A stretch of 64,000 nt of DNA from NCBI GenBank assembly GCA_965116875.1, contig OZ220733.1, positions 2,976,001-3,040,000 on the forward strand, written 5' to 3'. This document shows positions 44,796-54,836 of the stretch, piece by piece. This DNA is from Candidatus Latescibacterota bacterium. Its GTDB lineage: Bacteria; Latescibacterota; UBA2968; GCA-2709665. The translations under genes and the position numbers were made by a program. Below the pieces are notes generated by a model. That model made no database searches. It had not been told where the DNA came from and worked only from the letters and a program-made list of their open reading frames with translations. Each line of letters begins with the position of its first letter. Position 1 is the first letter of the stretch.

Positions 44796-44989
44796 GCGAA
44801 TCGTGCCGTTATCACTGTGCTGCCCGGAAACGACCCTGAGCACGCAAAGGCGGGCGTCCATCAATCGCGTTTCGCTTCGTTCTCTATAATGAGTCAGTCA
44901 AAACGTGGACATTGAGCTTGATGCGAGCCAGGTGCAATGGTGACCGAAATTCAGCGATCTCATTCCGCGATAGAACCCAAGGAGGCCCT

Positions 44990-45844
44990 ATGCCATCGCT
45001 CTCAAACACCAGCAAGGGAGTCGACAATCCCTGGTACCCGGAAGGCGGTCCGGGACGCCACCTCAAAGCCCGTCTGAAAAAGGGCGAGGTGTTGATCGGC
45101 GCGACGATCGAGGCGTACGCCCATCCTTCGCTCGTTAAGATGTTCCAACATGCCGGCTTCGACTTCGTATACATCGAGTACGAGCACAGCCTCTTCGACC
45201 TGCAGGACCTGGCCGACACCATTCTCTCCGCCCGAGACAACGGCTTGCCGGTCATCGCCAAGACCCCCCAACTCGAACGGCAAGAGGTCGCGAAGCTGCT
45301 GGAGGCGGGCGTGGTGGGAATCCAGCTTCCCCGTACGGAAACCCGGGAGCAGGTCGAGCGCCTGCTCAGCTACCTGAAATTTCCCCCCGCGGGGACCCGC
45401 GCCGTGGCGCCGGGGTGGGGCAACAGCGACTACAGGGAGGTTACGGACTGGCGGGGCTGGATGGACGAACAGGACCGGGAGACCACGCTCGTGGTCCATC
45501 TGGAGACGGTCAGGGGATATCGAAACGCAGAGGAGATTCTGAGTCACCCCGGCGTGGACATGTGCTTCGTTGGACCGGGAGACACCTCCATCGAGTTCGG
45601 ACATCCCGGCGACTTCGATCACCCTGAGGTGCGCCGCCCGATGGAAGATGCCCTGAAACTATGCAGGAAACACGGCGTGGCCTTCGGCACCATGCCCTGG
45701 AGCGCCGCCGCCGCGGGGGAGTGGGCGCGAAGGGGCGCCACGTTCTACGAAGCCACTTCGGAATTGGGATTCATCCGGGAGGGAGCCGCCGCCCTGGTGG
45801 AGGAATACCGGACTCAACTGGCGTCCTGTCCCGGGAATGCCTGA
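44990..45844 (+). CDS. HpcH/HpaI aldolase family protein
   Basis: AGFDFVYIEYEH, KLLEAGVVGIQLP, FPPAGTR, LET, FVGPGD; AGGAGG RBS. Confidence 0.88.
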   Translation: MPSLSNTSKGVDNPWYPEGGPGRHLKARLKKGEVLIGATIEAYAHPSLVKMFQHAGFDFVYIEYEHSLFDLQDLADTILSARDNGLPVIAKTPQLERQEVAKLLEAGVVGIQLPRTETREQVERLLSYLKFPPAGTRAVAPGWGNSDYREVTDWRGWMDEQDRETTLVVHLETVRGYRNAEEILSHPGVDMCFVGPGDTSIEFGHPGDFDHPEVRRPMEDALKLCRKHGVAFGTMPWSAAAAGEWARRGATFYEATSELGFIREGAAALVEEYRTQLASCPGNA

Positions 45845-45868
45845 TCATTCGGCCGCGGATCCACCGTG

Positions 45869-47611
45869 TCAGGAACCTGCCTGCGGGGACACTCTCACGG
45901 TAACGATGTCCATGCCGTGGTACTTCTGGTGCCGGACCGAAGAAGCGTAATGTCGCAGAATTCGAAACGATATCTCGCTCTCGTCCGGGGTCTCCGCCTG
46001 TTCGTCGAGATAGGCGAGACGGTCTTCCAGGTTTTCTTCGTCGAATACCGCGACGAATTCCAGTTCCACCGTCTCCCCTTCTTTGCGGGCAACGACGATC
46101 AGGCGCGGCACGTCGTCCGGAGAGCGTTTGTTGGCCGGCTCCAGCAGGCTCGCAAGCGTCTCCTCGCCCGCGGAGCGCAACCGCCCGGTCGCTTCCGCGT
46201 CCCAGCCCAACCCCTCCGCAACCTCCGTAAGAAACGCGTCGATACGCGGAAGTTCTGAATTGTCCAGCCGCGTCTCCAGGCGTCGGCGGCGCGGACTCGT
46301 CATTTCAAGGAAAACTGTGAGTCCGATGGCCGTCGCCGTACCGATGGTCATCCCGTTGCCGAGCAATGCGCCCCAGGGACTTCCCAGGATATCCTCCAGG
46401 ATATTCTGGTGTTGCATACCGAGGCCGATGGAGAACGCCAGCCCAGCCACGATCGCATGTTGCAGGTCGAGGCCGGCCCGCGACAGCGTCTGTATTCCCT
46501 CAACGAAAAACATGCCGAGTGCGAACAGAAGAAAGCCGCCCATGACCGGACCGGGAATGGTGAGCAGGACACCCGTTACCTTGGGAAAGAAGGCCAGAAT
46601 CACCAGAAGGCCGCCCATGGAATAGCCAACGGTGCGGGCGGACACGCCCGTGAGATTGATGAGCGACGTCGTAAACGACGAATAGGTGCTCGTGGGCGGC
46701 GTGCCGGCAATGCCGGACATCAGAATGCCCGCGCCGTTGGCATAGAGCGAGCCTTGAATCAATCGGAAATCGGTCGCGCGAGGCCTGCTCCGCGCCACCC
46801 GTTGCGCCACCACCCCGTCGCTGATGCCCTTGATGGCCTGTACCAGGGTCACAATGAGAAACATGGGCAGCAGCGCCCAGAAGCCGGTGCTTGGAGTCAG
46901 GTCCACATGCGGAAAACCGCCATAGGGAATTCCCACCCAAGATGTACCGCTCAATCGCGCGAAATCGAATAGCCCGAACGGCGCGGCGGCCGCACAGCCC
47001 GCGGCGATTCCTCCCAGTAGAGACCACATTCGCAATGACGGGGGAGCGCGCAATATCAGCATCGTTGAAACAACCAGCGTCACCGCCGCAACACAGGGAC
47101 CCGCCGCTCCGGGTGCGGTTTCAGGCACGTCTTTCAACCGATCGAGGGCAAACGGTATGACCATGGCCGCGATCAGCATTTGTACGGTACCGGAGACGAC
47201 AGGCGTTATGATACGGCGCAGAAGCGGAAGCCATGCGCCCACCGCGACGTAGAATAAAGAGGAGACGACAACAAGCCCGGCCAGCATTGAGGGACCGCCC
47301 TCCTCCAGGGCAAGAATCGAGACGGCGATGAAATTCGGCGTGACACCCGTTATCAGCAGGTGGCCGCCGCCCAACCGTCCGATCCTGGCGGCCTGTAAGG
47401 CGGTGGCCGCGCCGGTAAGGATCAGTGCCGCGAACACGGCCCACGACATGAATCGTTGATCCTGGCCGGCTGCAAGAACCGAAATGGCCACGACCAGCAC
47501 AGTGGGCGTCAGCACGATCACGATACCCTGAATGCCCACCCCGATTGTCAATAGCAGGGGGCAGGCCTGGTCCGTTTCGTACCGGATTCTCTCGTCTGCG
47601 GGGACCGGCAT
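45869..47611 (-). CDS. NCS2 (xanthine/uracil) family permease fused to a degenerate RsbW/HATPase-like C-terminal domain; SupE-like
   Basis: aa 1-440 are multi-TM with RRIITPVVSGTV, LTGVSAR, FFPKV..L..IPGPV. aa ~445-580 read ELPRIDAFL...GWD...RLRSAGEETLASL...ISFRILRHYASSV, an RsbW-like pattern without the catalytic boxes. Confidence 0.78.
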   Translation of the reverse strand: MPVPADERIRYETDQACPLLLTIGVGIQGIVIVLTPTVLVVAISVLAAGQDQRFMSWAVFAALILTGAATALQAARIGRLGGGHLLITGVTPNFIAVSILALEEGGPSMLAGLVVVSSLFYVAVGAWLPLLRRIITPVVSGTVQMLIAAMVIPFALDRLKDVPETAPGAAGPCVAAVTLVVSTMLILRAPPSLRMWSLLGGIAAGCAAAAPFGLFDFARLSGTSWVGIPYGGFPHVDLTPSTGFWALLPMFLIVTLVQAIKGISDGVVAQRVARSRPRATDFRLIQGSLYANGAGILMSGIAGTPPTSTYSSFTTSLINLTGVSARTVGYSMGGLLVILAFFPKVTGVLLTIPGPVMGGFLLFALGMFFVEGIQTLSRAGLDLQHAIVAGLAFSIGLGMQHQNILEDILGSPWGALLGNGMTIGTATAIGLTVFLEMTSPRRRRLETRLDNSELPRIDAFLTEVAEGLGWDAEATGRLRSAGEETLASLLEPANKRSPDDVPRLIVVARKEGETVELEFVAVFDEENLEDRLAYLDEQAETPDESEISFRILRHYASSVRHQKYHGMDIVTVRVSPQAGS

Positions 47612-47893
47612 CAGGTGCGCCTCCCGTTCAGTCTCTTGGGGAGTCGGGTGAATCTGTGGATCGGTTCTACCTCACGAAAAAGCCCTTTTAAAATCCTTTG
47701 CGGGTCGCCCGCGTGCCCACTGTCCGAATGCTCGCGCGCCGCCCGGTAATCGGAATTCTAAAAAGGCTTCCTTGCGTTCCAGGGCCGCCTGTTTCGACCC
47801 CCCGGTCACAACATCCCGTACCCATCATCGCAAGATCGTTGTTTCAGGACTCCCTCAACCATTCCGGGACTTCCGGCAGGATGGGAACTTCCG

Positions 47894-48175
47894 CTATTCC
47901 CGCCTATCGACAACCTCGCTGAGCTTCTCATCTGCCAGACTGAACAGCCCTGCCAGGTACTGTTTGCGCAACAGGTTGAGTTCATTAACCTTCTCCCAGA
48001 GCGCCTCCTCGATCCTGGCGGCCGCTTTTTCGCGCACGTCCGAAGAGAGGGTGTTGTCATTCCTGAATTCATACTTGTCGATCGTGAATTCAGCGATGTC
48101 GGAGATGTTATCGCCGATGATTTGCATGTCGATCGCGCTCTGCATCGATCCGATTTTTTCTTCATCACTGTTCAT
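47894..48175 (-). CDS. Small acidic hypothetical protein
   Basis: 93 aa; GGAG RBS; helical, charged composition; co-oriented between the STAS and permease genes. Confidence 0.65.
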   Translation of the reverse strand: MNSDEEKIGSMQSAIDMQIIGDNISDIAEFTIDKYEFRNDNTLSSDVREKAAARIEEALWEKVNELNLLRKQYLAGLFSLADEKLSEVVDRRE

Positions 48176-48244
48176 CTCGCTACTCCGTTTCGGTTGGGTC
48201 GGTCTTCGGTTTCACTGGTGAATAGATATCGCGCAAGATGCAAC

Positions 48245-48592
48245 TCAATTACTTTTGAACGCCGAAATTGCATCGGCCTGTGAGTCGTAAATGTCGATAA
48301 TTTGATCGAAACCGCTGACTGAAATAACCTCACCGACCGGATCGGTGAGCTTGCAAACGCCGAATCGCTTTCCCGGATCCTTGAATTTCCAGGCGATGAT
48401 CACACCAACGCGAAGCCCCGCGCTGCTGATGAAAGTCACCTGCTCGAAATCCAGAATCAAGGCACTGTCTTCCGGGCCGATTCCAAACTCCAGCGTATCC
48501 TGAAGAACAGCGGCATTGCTGCCGTCGATGCGACCCGCGAGCACCGCGATGAGAACGCCGTCCTTCCGCTCCCATTTGATGTCCAGATCCAT
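48245..48592 (-). CDS. STAS-domain anti-sigma-factor antagonist (SpoIIAA/RsbV-like)
   Basis: LAGRIDGSNA, LILDFEQVTFISSAGLR (phosphorylatable Ser motif), ISGFD-like VSGFDQII. Confidence 0.9.
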   Translation of the reverse strand: MDLDIKWERKDGVLIAVLAGRIDGSNAAVLQDTLEFGIGPEDSALILDFEQVTFISSAGLRVGVIIAWKFKDPGKRFGVCKLTDPVGEVISVSGFDQIIDIYDSQADAISAFKSN

Positions 48593-48991
48593 GACAAGCA
48601 GTCCTTCCTGCCTATTTTCAACCCGCCTAGAACGAATGGAACCGCCACGTTGCAGTACTCGGGAGGACAAATCACGTCTCTGAAGCCAATGACACGAAGA
48701 CAGTCGTTGACAACGAGGGTGGACTATATAAAAAATCTAAAGGAATTATCGCCAATCGCAACCCTGCGAAGCGTCATTTCGGGAATGGCGCCGCCGGGCA
48801 CATGGAGGGCGCGGGAGGAAGGGTCGCAGGGTACGGCATCGCAGGGCCTGTTTTCTCTAACGGACACGACGCCAGTGTCCCAATCGCTCCCGATAGTACT
48901 GAGGAAATTTCACGGGCCCCGAGCGGACCTGGAAATTCACGATCCGTTCAGGGCCGAGGTCGACCGGTTGGTAGGTTGTTCCGCCACAGGC

Positions 48992-49876
48992 TCAGGGGCT
49001 TTCAGGATCCTCGCACAATTCAGCTATCATACCCGCATTTTCTGCGAGTTGGTCGTTGAATTTCTGGTACATCCCCACCAGAAGGACGTCGTTGGCCTTG
49101 ATGTTTCTGAGGGCAAACGCGAATTCCTCCCGGATCTGGTTTCTCGAAGCGACGGCGCGTCCGGCCGCGAGGACTTTGAAGACGATACAGGGTTTGTCGG
49201 TATTCTGAATCAATCCACACATCCGGTCGCGATGTTCGCGGAGATAGATTTCACCAAGGGGCGGATGGCCGAATTTTCGTTCGAACTCCTCCCGGGCGCC
49301 TTCCAGATAATACAGGGCGGTCATGTAATAGTCGATGTCCCAATCTTCCTCTTCGGCAATATCGACGATACGGGGATTGTGTACCGACAAGCCGACCATC
49401 GCGCCGGTGTTTCGAATGCGTTTGAGGATATCCCGAAGATGTTCGAGGCGATTCTCCCTGAGACACCGCCCGGCGACACCGCTTCCGTGGGGGGCCATTC
49501 CGATGGGTTCATGCGTAGCGGCTTCGTCGATCAGCGAGGGTTCGTCGTACCAGTTTCCGCCCCCGCTGAGACAGAAGTAATGGATCGCGCCTCCCTCGCC
49601 GCGGTATCGCCGAAGATCGGCGGCAGAACGTTCGGTAAGCGTATTCTGCCAGGCGTTTACGCCGACTTCTTCCGCGCGGCGCAAGGTCGCCATCACCTGG
49701 TCGGAAGTATTGGCTTCTCTCTGATGTTCGGAGAGCAGTTGATTGAAATGGGAATAACCGTAGATCGGATTATCGCCCATGATGAGCCGGCTGATCCGAT
49801 ATCGCCCGAACGGTACGGTTGGCAGGGTGTGGGCATTTGATGAAGGCAAGTCGTTTCTCCTCTGTCCAGTCCGCAA
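48992..49876 (-). CDS. Conserved hypothetical protein with aldo/keto-reductase-like features
   Basis: LPTVPFGRYRISRLIMGDNP, GLSVHNP, KPCIVFKVLAAGR, LLVGMY; start uncertain. Confidence 0.65.
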   Translation of the reverse strand: MRTGQRRNDLPSSNAHTLPTVPFGRYRISRLIMGDNPIYGYSHFNQLLSEHQREANTSDQVMATLRRAEEVGVNAWQNTLTERSAADLRRYRGEGGAIHYFCLSGGGNWYDEPSLIDEAATHEPIGMAPHGSGVAGRCLRENRLEHLRDILKRIRNTGAMVGLSVHNPRIVDIAEEEDWDIDYYMTALYYLEGAREEFERKFGHPPLGEIYLREHRDRMCGLIQNTDKPCIVFKVLAAGRAVASRNQIREEFAFALRNIKANDVLLVGMYQKFNDQLAENAGMIAELCEDPESP

Positions 49877-49969
49877 CGAAAGTTTCGTCTTCTTCCCGAA
49901 GTACTTGACCGTGGTGAGGCATTCCTCAATCCAACCCTGATGACGCAGCGGTTGTCTGATGGGTACCTG

Positions 49970-51037
49970 TCATTCAAACACCAGCACCGTTCGCGCCACT
50001 TTCCCCTGGAGCATGTCTTCGAACGCCTCGTTGATCTCATCCAGAGGTCGATAGCGGGAAATGAGTTCGTCCAATTTAACTTTCCCTTGCCGATACAAGT
50101 CCAGAATCCAGAGAAAATCCACGCGGGCGCGGGCGGCGCCGTGCCAGGAACCCATCACGGCGCGGTCCATTAGCAGATCCTCACCGGCAATGCACACATC
50201 CTGTCCGGTTGGCTGCACCCCCACCATAACCGCGGTACCACTGGTGCGGACCGATGCAAACGTCTGCCTGACCAGCGCCGGAAAACCCACGACCTCGAAG
50301 GCATAGTCCGCCCCTCCCCCTGTAATCTCCACGATCCGCTGAACGGGGTCCTCACTGTCCGCGTTGACGAAATGCGTGGCGCCGAACTGTTCCGCCAGTT
50401 CCAACTTGTAGGGCACCGTGTCCACCGCAATGATCTTGCCGGCCGATGCGAGCACTCCGCCCTGGATGACGTTGAGGCCCACTCCGCCGCAGCCGAACAC
50501 GGCCATTGCGGCGCCCGCCTCCACCTGCGCGCGATTCACCACGGCGCCGATCCCGGTGATGACCGCGCAACTGATCAGGCACGCTTTCCTGAGATCCGTG
50601 TCATCCGGCACCTTCACGCACGCATCCGCCGATACAATAGTCTGTTCGGTATAGGTGGGCCTGTTGTGAAAATAGACCGTCCCGTTCCTGGATATACGAT
50701 TCGCTACTCTGCCCTGGTGGGTCTCGCACAGGGCAGGGCTTCCCTGGCTGCAATTCCGGCAGTGGCCGCACATTGCATCCAGCGAGAGGATGATCTTGTC
50801 GCCGGGACGTACGCTCGTCACGCCGGGGCCGACCTCCGCGACCACCCCCGCGCCTTCGTGTCCCATGACCCAGGGAAGCCCGCGAGGCGCGACGTGACCG
50901 TCAACGTAGTGGTAGTCGCTGTGGCAGACACCGGCGCCGACGATATCCAGAAGCACTTCACCCGCCTGGGGCGATGCGATATCCACGTCTTCGACGGAGA
51001 CGCGGGTCAGCGGTCTGTGGAGGACGGCGGCTTTCAT
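49970..51037 (-). CDS. Zn-dependent alcohol dehydrogenase (MDR, class III-like)
   Basis: GVCHSD, GHEGAG, CGHCRNC...C structural Zn site, CAVITG, GCGGVG. Confidence 0.93.
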   Translation of the reverse strand: MKAAVLHRPLTRVSVEDVDIASPQAGEVLLDIVGAGVCHSDYHYVDGHVAPRGLPWVMGHEGAGVVAEVGPGVTSVRPGDKIILSLDAMCGHCRNCSQGSPALCETHQGRVANRISRNGTVYFHNRPTYTEQTIVSADACVKVPDDTDLRKACLISCAVITGIGAVVNRAQVEAGAAMAVFGCGGVGLNVIQGGVLASAGKIIAVDTVPYKLELAEQFGATHFVNADSEDPVQRIVEITGGGADYAFEVVGFPALVRQTFASVRTSGTAVMVGVQPTGQDVCIAGEDLLMDRAVMGSWHGAARARVDFLWILDLYRQGKVKLDELISRYRPLDEINEAFEDMLQGKVARTVLVFE

Positions 51038-51124
51038 ATCTGTCTCTTTTCGCAAATGGCGTTGGAAAACAAGGCGATATATCGGAATGACAGATGTGCT
51101 GATCTCAGGGCGATTCCGGAAGGG

Positions 51125-51703
51125 TCAACCCGTCTCGACGCCGATGCGGGCAAGGACGTCCGACCACCGTTTCGCGTGACTGTCATGGGTGTGCAGGGGC
51201 CGGAAGCCGGCGGAGAGATAGCTCTTGATGGCCGGGACGCGCCAGTCGTCGGTCAGCAGGTGGGCCTGGCGATAGCCCAGGTCCCTGAGCCTGTGGAGTA
51301 CGGCCGAATTGACAAGGTGTCCCAGGCCTTTGCCGCGCTGGTCTTCGAGTACGGCAACCATGTGCACTTCACCCACGATACGCTCCGTCAGGTCCCGGCT
51401 CCAGGCGCACGCGGAACCCACAAGCCGGGAATCGAGGGTGGCAAAAAAGAGGCTGTGGGGGTGAAACCGCGGATCGTTAACGAGTTTCTCGCGACACAGT
51501 TCAGGCGTCCAGTCCCGCCCCACGTTGCCTTCCATGATTGCGCACCACCCTGCTTCGTCGCCGGAACGGTAGGTTCGCAGGCCATACCCTTCCGGGATCC
51601 GGATTTCCGGCAGGTCCTGCAACGTATCCCTCTGCATTTCCAGCTGGGGCGACGGTGGTGGCGGCGGCTTGGCGTTCAACATGGAGAGAATCCTGCGAAA
51701 CAT
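51125..51703 (-). CDS. GNAT family N-acetyltransferase
   Basis: VAVLEDQRGKGLG (motif A), AIKSYLSAGF (motif B). Confidence 0.88.
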   Translation of the reverse strand: MFRRILSMLNAKPPPPPSPQLEMQRDTLQDLPEIRIPEGYGLRTYRSGDEAGWCAIMEGNVGRDWTPELCREKLVNDPRFHPHSLFFATLDSRLVGSACAWSRDLTERIVGEVHMVAVLEDQRGKGLGHLVNSAVLHRLRDLGYRQAHLLTDDWRVPAIKSYLSAGFRPLHTHDSHAKRWSDVLARIGVETG

Positions 51704-52006
51704 GGCTTGTTTCTCGTCAGAAATCCGTGCCAGGAGCCGGACACAGACCGGACAGACGCTTTCAACGGTCCGTCAGGGGACCCCTGGAGACCGTCGTCGA
51801 CGGATTCGTGATTGGCGCATCTCACTTCAATCGTACTCCGTATTGAGCGACAATATGAGCGACGTCGCAGTCTGTGTCAACGGATATTCGCCCGTTCGAG
51901 CCGTGAATCGGCGGCCGGGATTCCCGCGTTCAGGGCTGGATTGCCGCTCCCTGCCGGACCTCATAAACGCACGCTGAAATATGCGTATTGATTGTTCTGG
52001 AATGGC

Positions 52007-52035
52007 TTGACATTTAACAATCCTTATGATATACT
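52007..52035 (+). promoter_or_regulatory. Strong sigma70 promoter of the nuo operon
   Basis: TTGACA (52007-52012), 17-nt spacer, extended -10 TGa-TATACT (52027-52035). Confidence 0.75.
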
Positions 52036-52102
52036 AACACCGCCGAAAAGCGGTCGTCGGAAGAAGTGCTGTTTTTTAGCCCGCGAGAGGTCCAGGGACA
52101 CG

Positions 52103-52468
52103 ATGCTGGTCGATTATCTTCCGATTGTTATTCTGATGGCAGTGGCCGTGGGTTTTGCAGCCGTCAGTTTAATCATTACGCATCTGTTCGGACCCCGCCG
52201 TCCCAACCCGGTGAAATTGTCGCCGTACGAGTCGGGCGTACCTCCCGTGGGGGACGCCAGGCTGCGGTTTTCCGTCAAGTTTTACGTTGTGGCGATGCTG
52301 TTTATCGTCTTCGATATCGAAGTCGTTTTTCTATACCCCTGGGCCGTTGTCTTTAAGGATCTGCTGGCTCAGGGGACCTTTGTTTTTACGGAGATGGCGG
52401 TGTTTCTCGGGGTTCTGGTTCTCGGGCTCGCGTATGTCTGGCGGAAGGGCGGGCTGGATTGGGACTGA
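52103..52468 (+). CDS. nuoA: NADH-quinone oxidoreductase subunit A
   Basis: KLSPYESG, FSVKFYVVAMLFIVFDIE, KGGLDW. Confidence 0.95.
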   Translation: MLVDYLPIVILMAVAVGFAAVSLIITHLFGPRRPNPVKLSPYESGVPPVGDARLRFSVKFYVVAMLFIVFDIEVVFLYPWAVVFKDLLAQGTFVFTEMAVFLGVLVLGLAYVWRKGGLDWD

Positions 52469-52524
52469 GATCGGCAGAGACCTGGAAACAGACTTTCAAC
52501 GACTGGAAATGATTGGGCCAACGC

Positions 52525-54297
52525 ATGCCCCAGGAAGAGAAGAACGGGACTCCGGTTGCGGACGTGGAGGTTGAAAACCTGACTTCGAAGAAGCTGGAGG
52601 AACGGTTCGGCGAAGACGTCCTGGAGGTCTCCGTGTCCCGCGGCGACTGGACGGCGGTTTGCGAGGCGGACCGGGCGCTGGATATCCTCGCGTTCCTGCG
52701 GGACGATCCGGACCTGGCGTATGACCGTCTGTCGGATGTGACGGCGGTTGACTATTCCGAGTATCCGGGACCGCGACCCGGCACCCGGTTCAACGTGGTC
52801 TACCACCTTTATTCCCACCCTCACAACCACCGGTTCAGGCTCAGGGCGAAGGTAGACGATGAGACCTGCGGCATCCCGTCCGCGTGCGGGTTGTGGAAGG
52901 GGGCCGAATGGCCGGAGCGGGAAGCCTACGATATGTTCGGCATCCGCTTCGAGGGACATCCGGATCTCCGTCGCATATTGATGCCGGTGAATTTCAGGTA
53001 TTATCCCCTGAGGAAAGATTACCCGGTAAACGGGCGCGGAGAGAGGGACGTCATTGCGCCGGAAGATCCCGGGTTCGAGGGCAATCCCTTCGAAGGTGAC
53101 GATTCACCCGATGACGACCCGCTGGCGTCGGAGCGAATGGTCCTGAACCTCGGGCCCCAGCACCCGGCAACCCACGGTACGCTTCGGCTCACGCTCGAAC
53201 TGGACGGCGAGCGCATCTCCAGGTGCCTTCCGGACGTCGGCTATCTGCATACCGGCTTCGAAAAACTGGGAGAACACCACACGTACAACCAGTGGGTCAC
53301 GGTGACGGACCGGATGAATTATCTCTCGCCGTTGTGCAATAACATCGGTTTTGCAATGACGGTGGAAAAACTGATGGGCCTGGAAGTCCCGCCGCGCGCC
53401 ACGGTAATTCGCGTCATCCTCTCGGAACTCTCCCGCATCGCGGACCATATGGTCTGGCTGGGCACCCACGCGCTGGATATCGGCGCGATGACGGTATTCC
53501 TGTACACCTTTGAACAGCGCGAACGCCTGTACGATATCTTCGAGGCCGTCACCGGTACCCGTTTGACCACGAGTTATACTCGTGTGGGAGGCCTGGGATG
53601 GGACGTGCCCGACAATTTCCACGAACTGGTTACCGATTTCACGGCGCAATTCCCCAGGGCGGCAGGGGAGGTGGACAGGCTGTTGACCCGGAACAGGATC
53701 TGGATTGACCGTACCAAGGGTATCGGAGTGATTTCCTCCGAAGACGCCATCGCGTGGAACCTGACGGGACCGATGGCCCGCGGATCGGGCGTGAACTACG
53801 ACTTGCGGAAGGCCGAGCCCTATCTGGGTTACGAAGAATATGACTTTGAGATTCCCGTGGGCGAAAAGGGTGACGTCTACGACCGCTACCTGGTCCGGAT
53901 GGAGGAACTGAACCAGAGCATCCGGATCGTCGAACAGGCCGTGAACCATCTGCCCGGGGGCGGCGTCAAGGTCGACGACGCCAAGATCATACTTCCGGAG
54001 AAAGACGACGTGTATACCGGGATGGAATCGCTGATCCACCACTTCAAGGTAACAATGGACGATCACGGGATCGCGCCGCCGCCCGGCGAGATTTACGTGG
54101 CTACGGAGAGTCCCAACGGGGAATTGGGCTTCTATATTGTCAGCGACGGAAGCGGGGCCGCGTACCGGCTTCGCGTCAGACCCCCGTCGTTCATGAATTA
54201 CCAGTGTTTTCCGCAACTGGCGCATGGACATATGGTTGCGGACGTTGTGGCCATACTGGGAAGCATCAACGTCATCGCGGGAGAGTTGGATCGTTGA
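52525..54297 (+). CDS. nuoCD: NADH-quinone oxidoreductase fused subunit C/D
   Basis: NuoC: [30 protein letters not shown]. NuoD: [31 protein letters not shown]. Confidence 0.95.
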   Translation: MPQEEKNGTPVADVEVENLTSKKLEERFGEDVLEVSVSRGDWTAVCEADRALDILAFLRDDPDLAYDRLSDVTAVDYSEYPGPRPGTRFNVVYHLYSHPHNHRFRLRAKVDDETCGIPSACGLWKGAEWPEREAYDMFGIRFEGHPDLRRILMPVNFRYYPLRKDYPVNGRGERDVIAPEDPGFEGNPFEGDDSPDDDPLASERMVLNLGPQHPATHGTLRLTLELDGERISRCLPDVGYLHTGFEKLGEHHTYNQWVTVTDRMNYLSPLCNNIGFAMTVEKLMGLEVPPRATVIRVILSELSRIADHMVWLGTHALDIGAMTVFLYTFEQRERLYDIFEAVTGTRLTTSYTRVGGLGWDVPDNFHELVTDFTAQFPRAAGEVDRLLTRNRIWIDRTKGIGVISSEDAIAWNLTGPMARGSGVNYDLRKAEPYLGYEEYDFEIPVGEKGDVYDRYLVRMEELNQSIRIVEQAVNHLPGGGVKVDDAKIILPEKDDVYTGMESLIHHFKVTMDDHGIAPPPGEIYVATESPNGELGFYIVSDGSGAAYRLRVRPPSFMNYQCFPQLAHGHMVADVVAILGSINVIAGELDR

Positions 54298-54336
54298 GAG
54301 GCCTGAGCGCGGTGCAATTTCCAGGGAACCATTGAA

Positions 54337-54816
54337 ATGGCGATCGCCCTGTCTGAACAGACGCGGAAGAAGTGTGAGGAGATCATCACCCATTATCCGC
54401 CGGAGTGGCGCAAGGCGGCAATCCTTCCGGTTCTGCACCTGGCGCAGAAGGAGTGGGGGTATATCTCTCTGGAAGGGCTGAGATACGTCGCGGACCTTCT
54501 GGGAATCCCGCCCGCCCACGCGGCCGGCGTGATGAGCTTCTATCCGATGTTCCACAAGGCGCCCGTGGGCAAAACCGTCATCCATGTATGCGGAACCCTG
54601 TCCTGTGCGCTCTGCGGGGCCGGTGAAATCACGAATCACCTTAAGGAAAAGCTGAAAATCGACGTGGGCGAAACCACCGGGGACGGACGGTTCACGCTGG
54701 CCAAGGTGGAGTGCATCGCGGCCTGCGAGGGTGCGCCGGCGGTACTGATCAACGAGGATCTGCATCGCTGTGTGACGCGGGAGAAGCTGGACCATCTGCT
54801 GGACCGTTGCGCCTGA
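54337..54816 (+). CDS. nuoE: NADH-quinone oxidoreductase subunit E
   Basis: 2Fe-2S ligands CGTLSC...CIAAC; FYPMF. Confidence 0.95.
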   Translation: MAIALSEQTRKKCEEIITHYPPEWRKAAILPVLHLAQKEWGYISLEGLRYVADLLGIPPAHAAGVMSFYPMFHKAPVGKTVIHVCGTLSCALCGAGEITNHLKEKLKIDVGETTGDGRFTLAKVECIAACEGAPAVLINEDLHRCVTREKLDHLLDRCA

Positions 54817-54836
54817 ACCCCTGAAGCAGGACAGAT

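Noticed and set aside
47612-47893. Purine or other riboswitch upstream of the NCS2 permease
   Set aside because: No recognisable aptamer consensus or terminator by eye; an Infernal/Rfam scan would be needed.
48650-49840. 396-aa plus-strand ORF
   Set aside because: It is antisense to 48992-49876, which has more protein-like motifs and matches the orientation of its neighbours.
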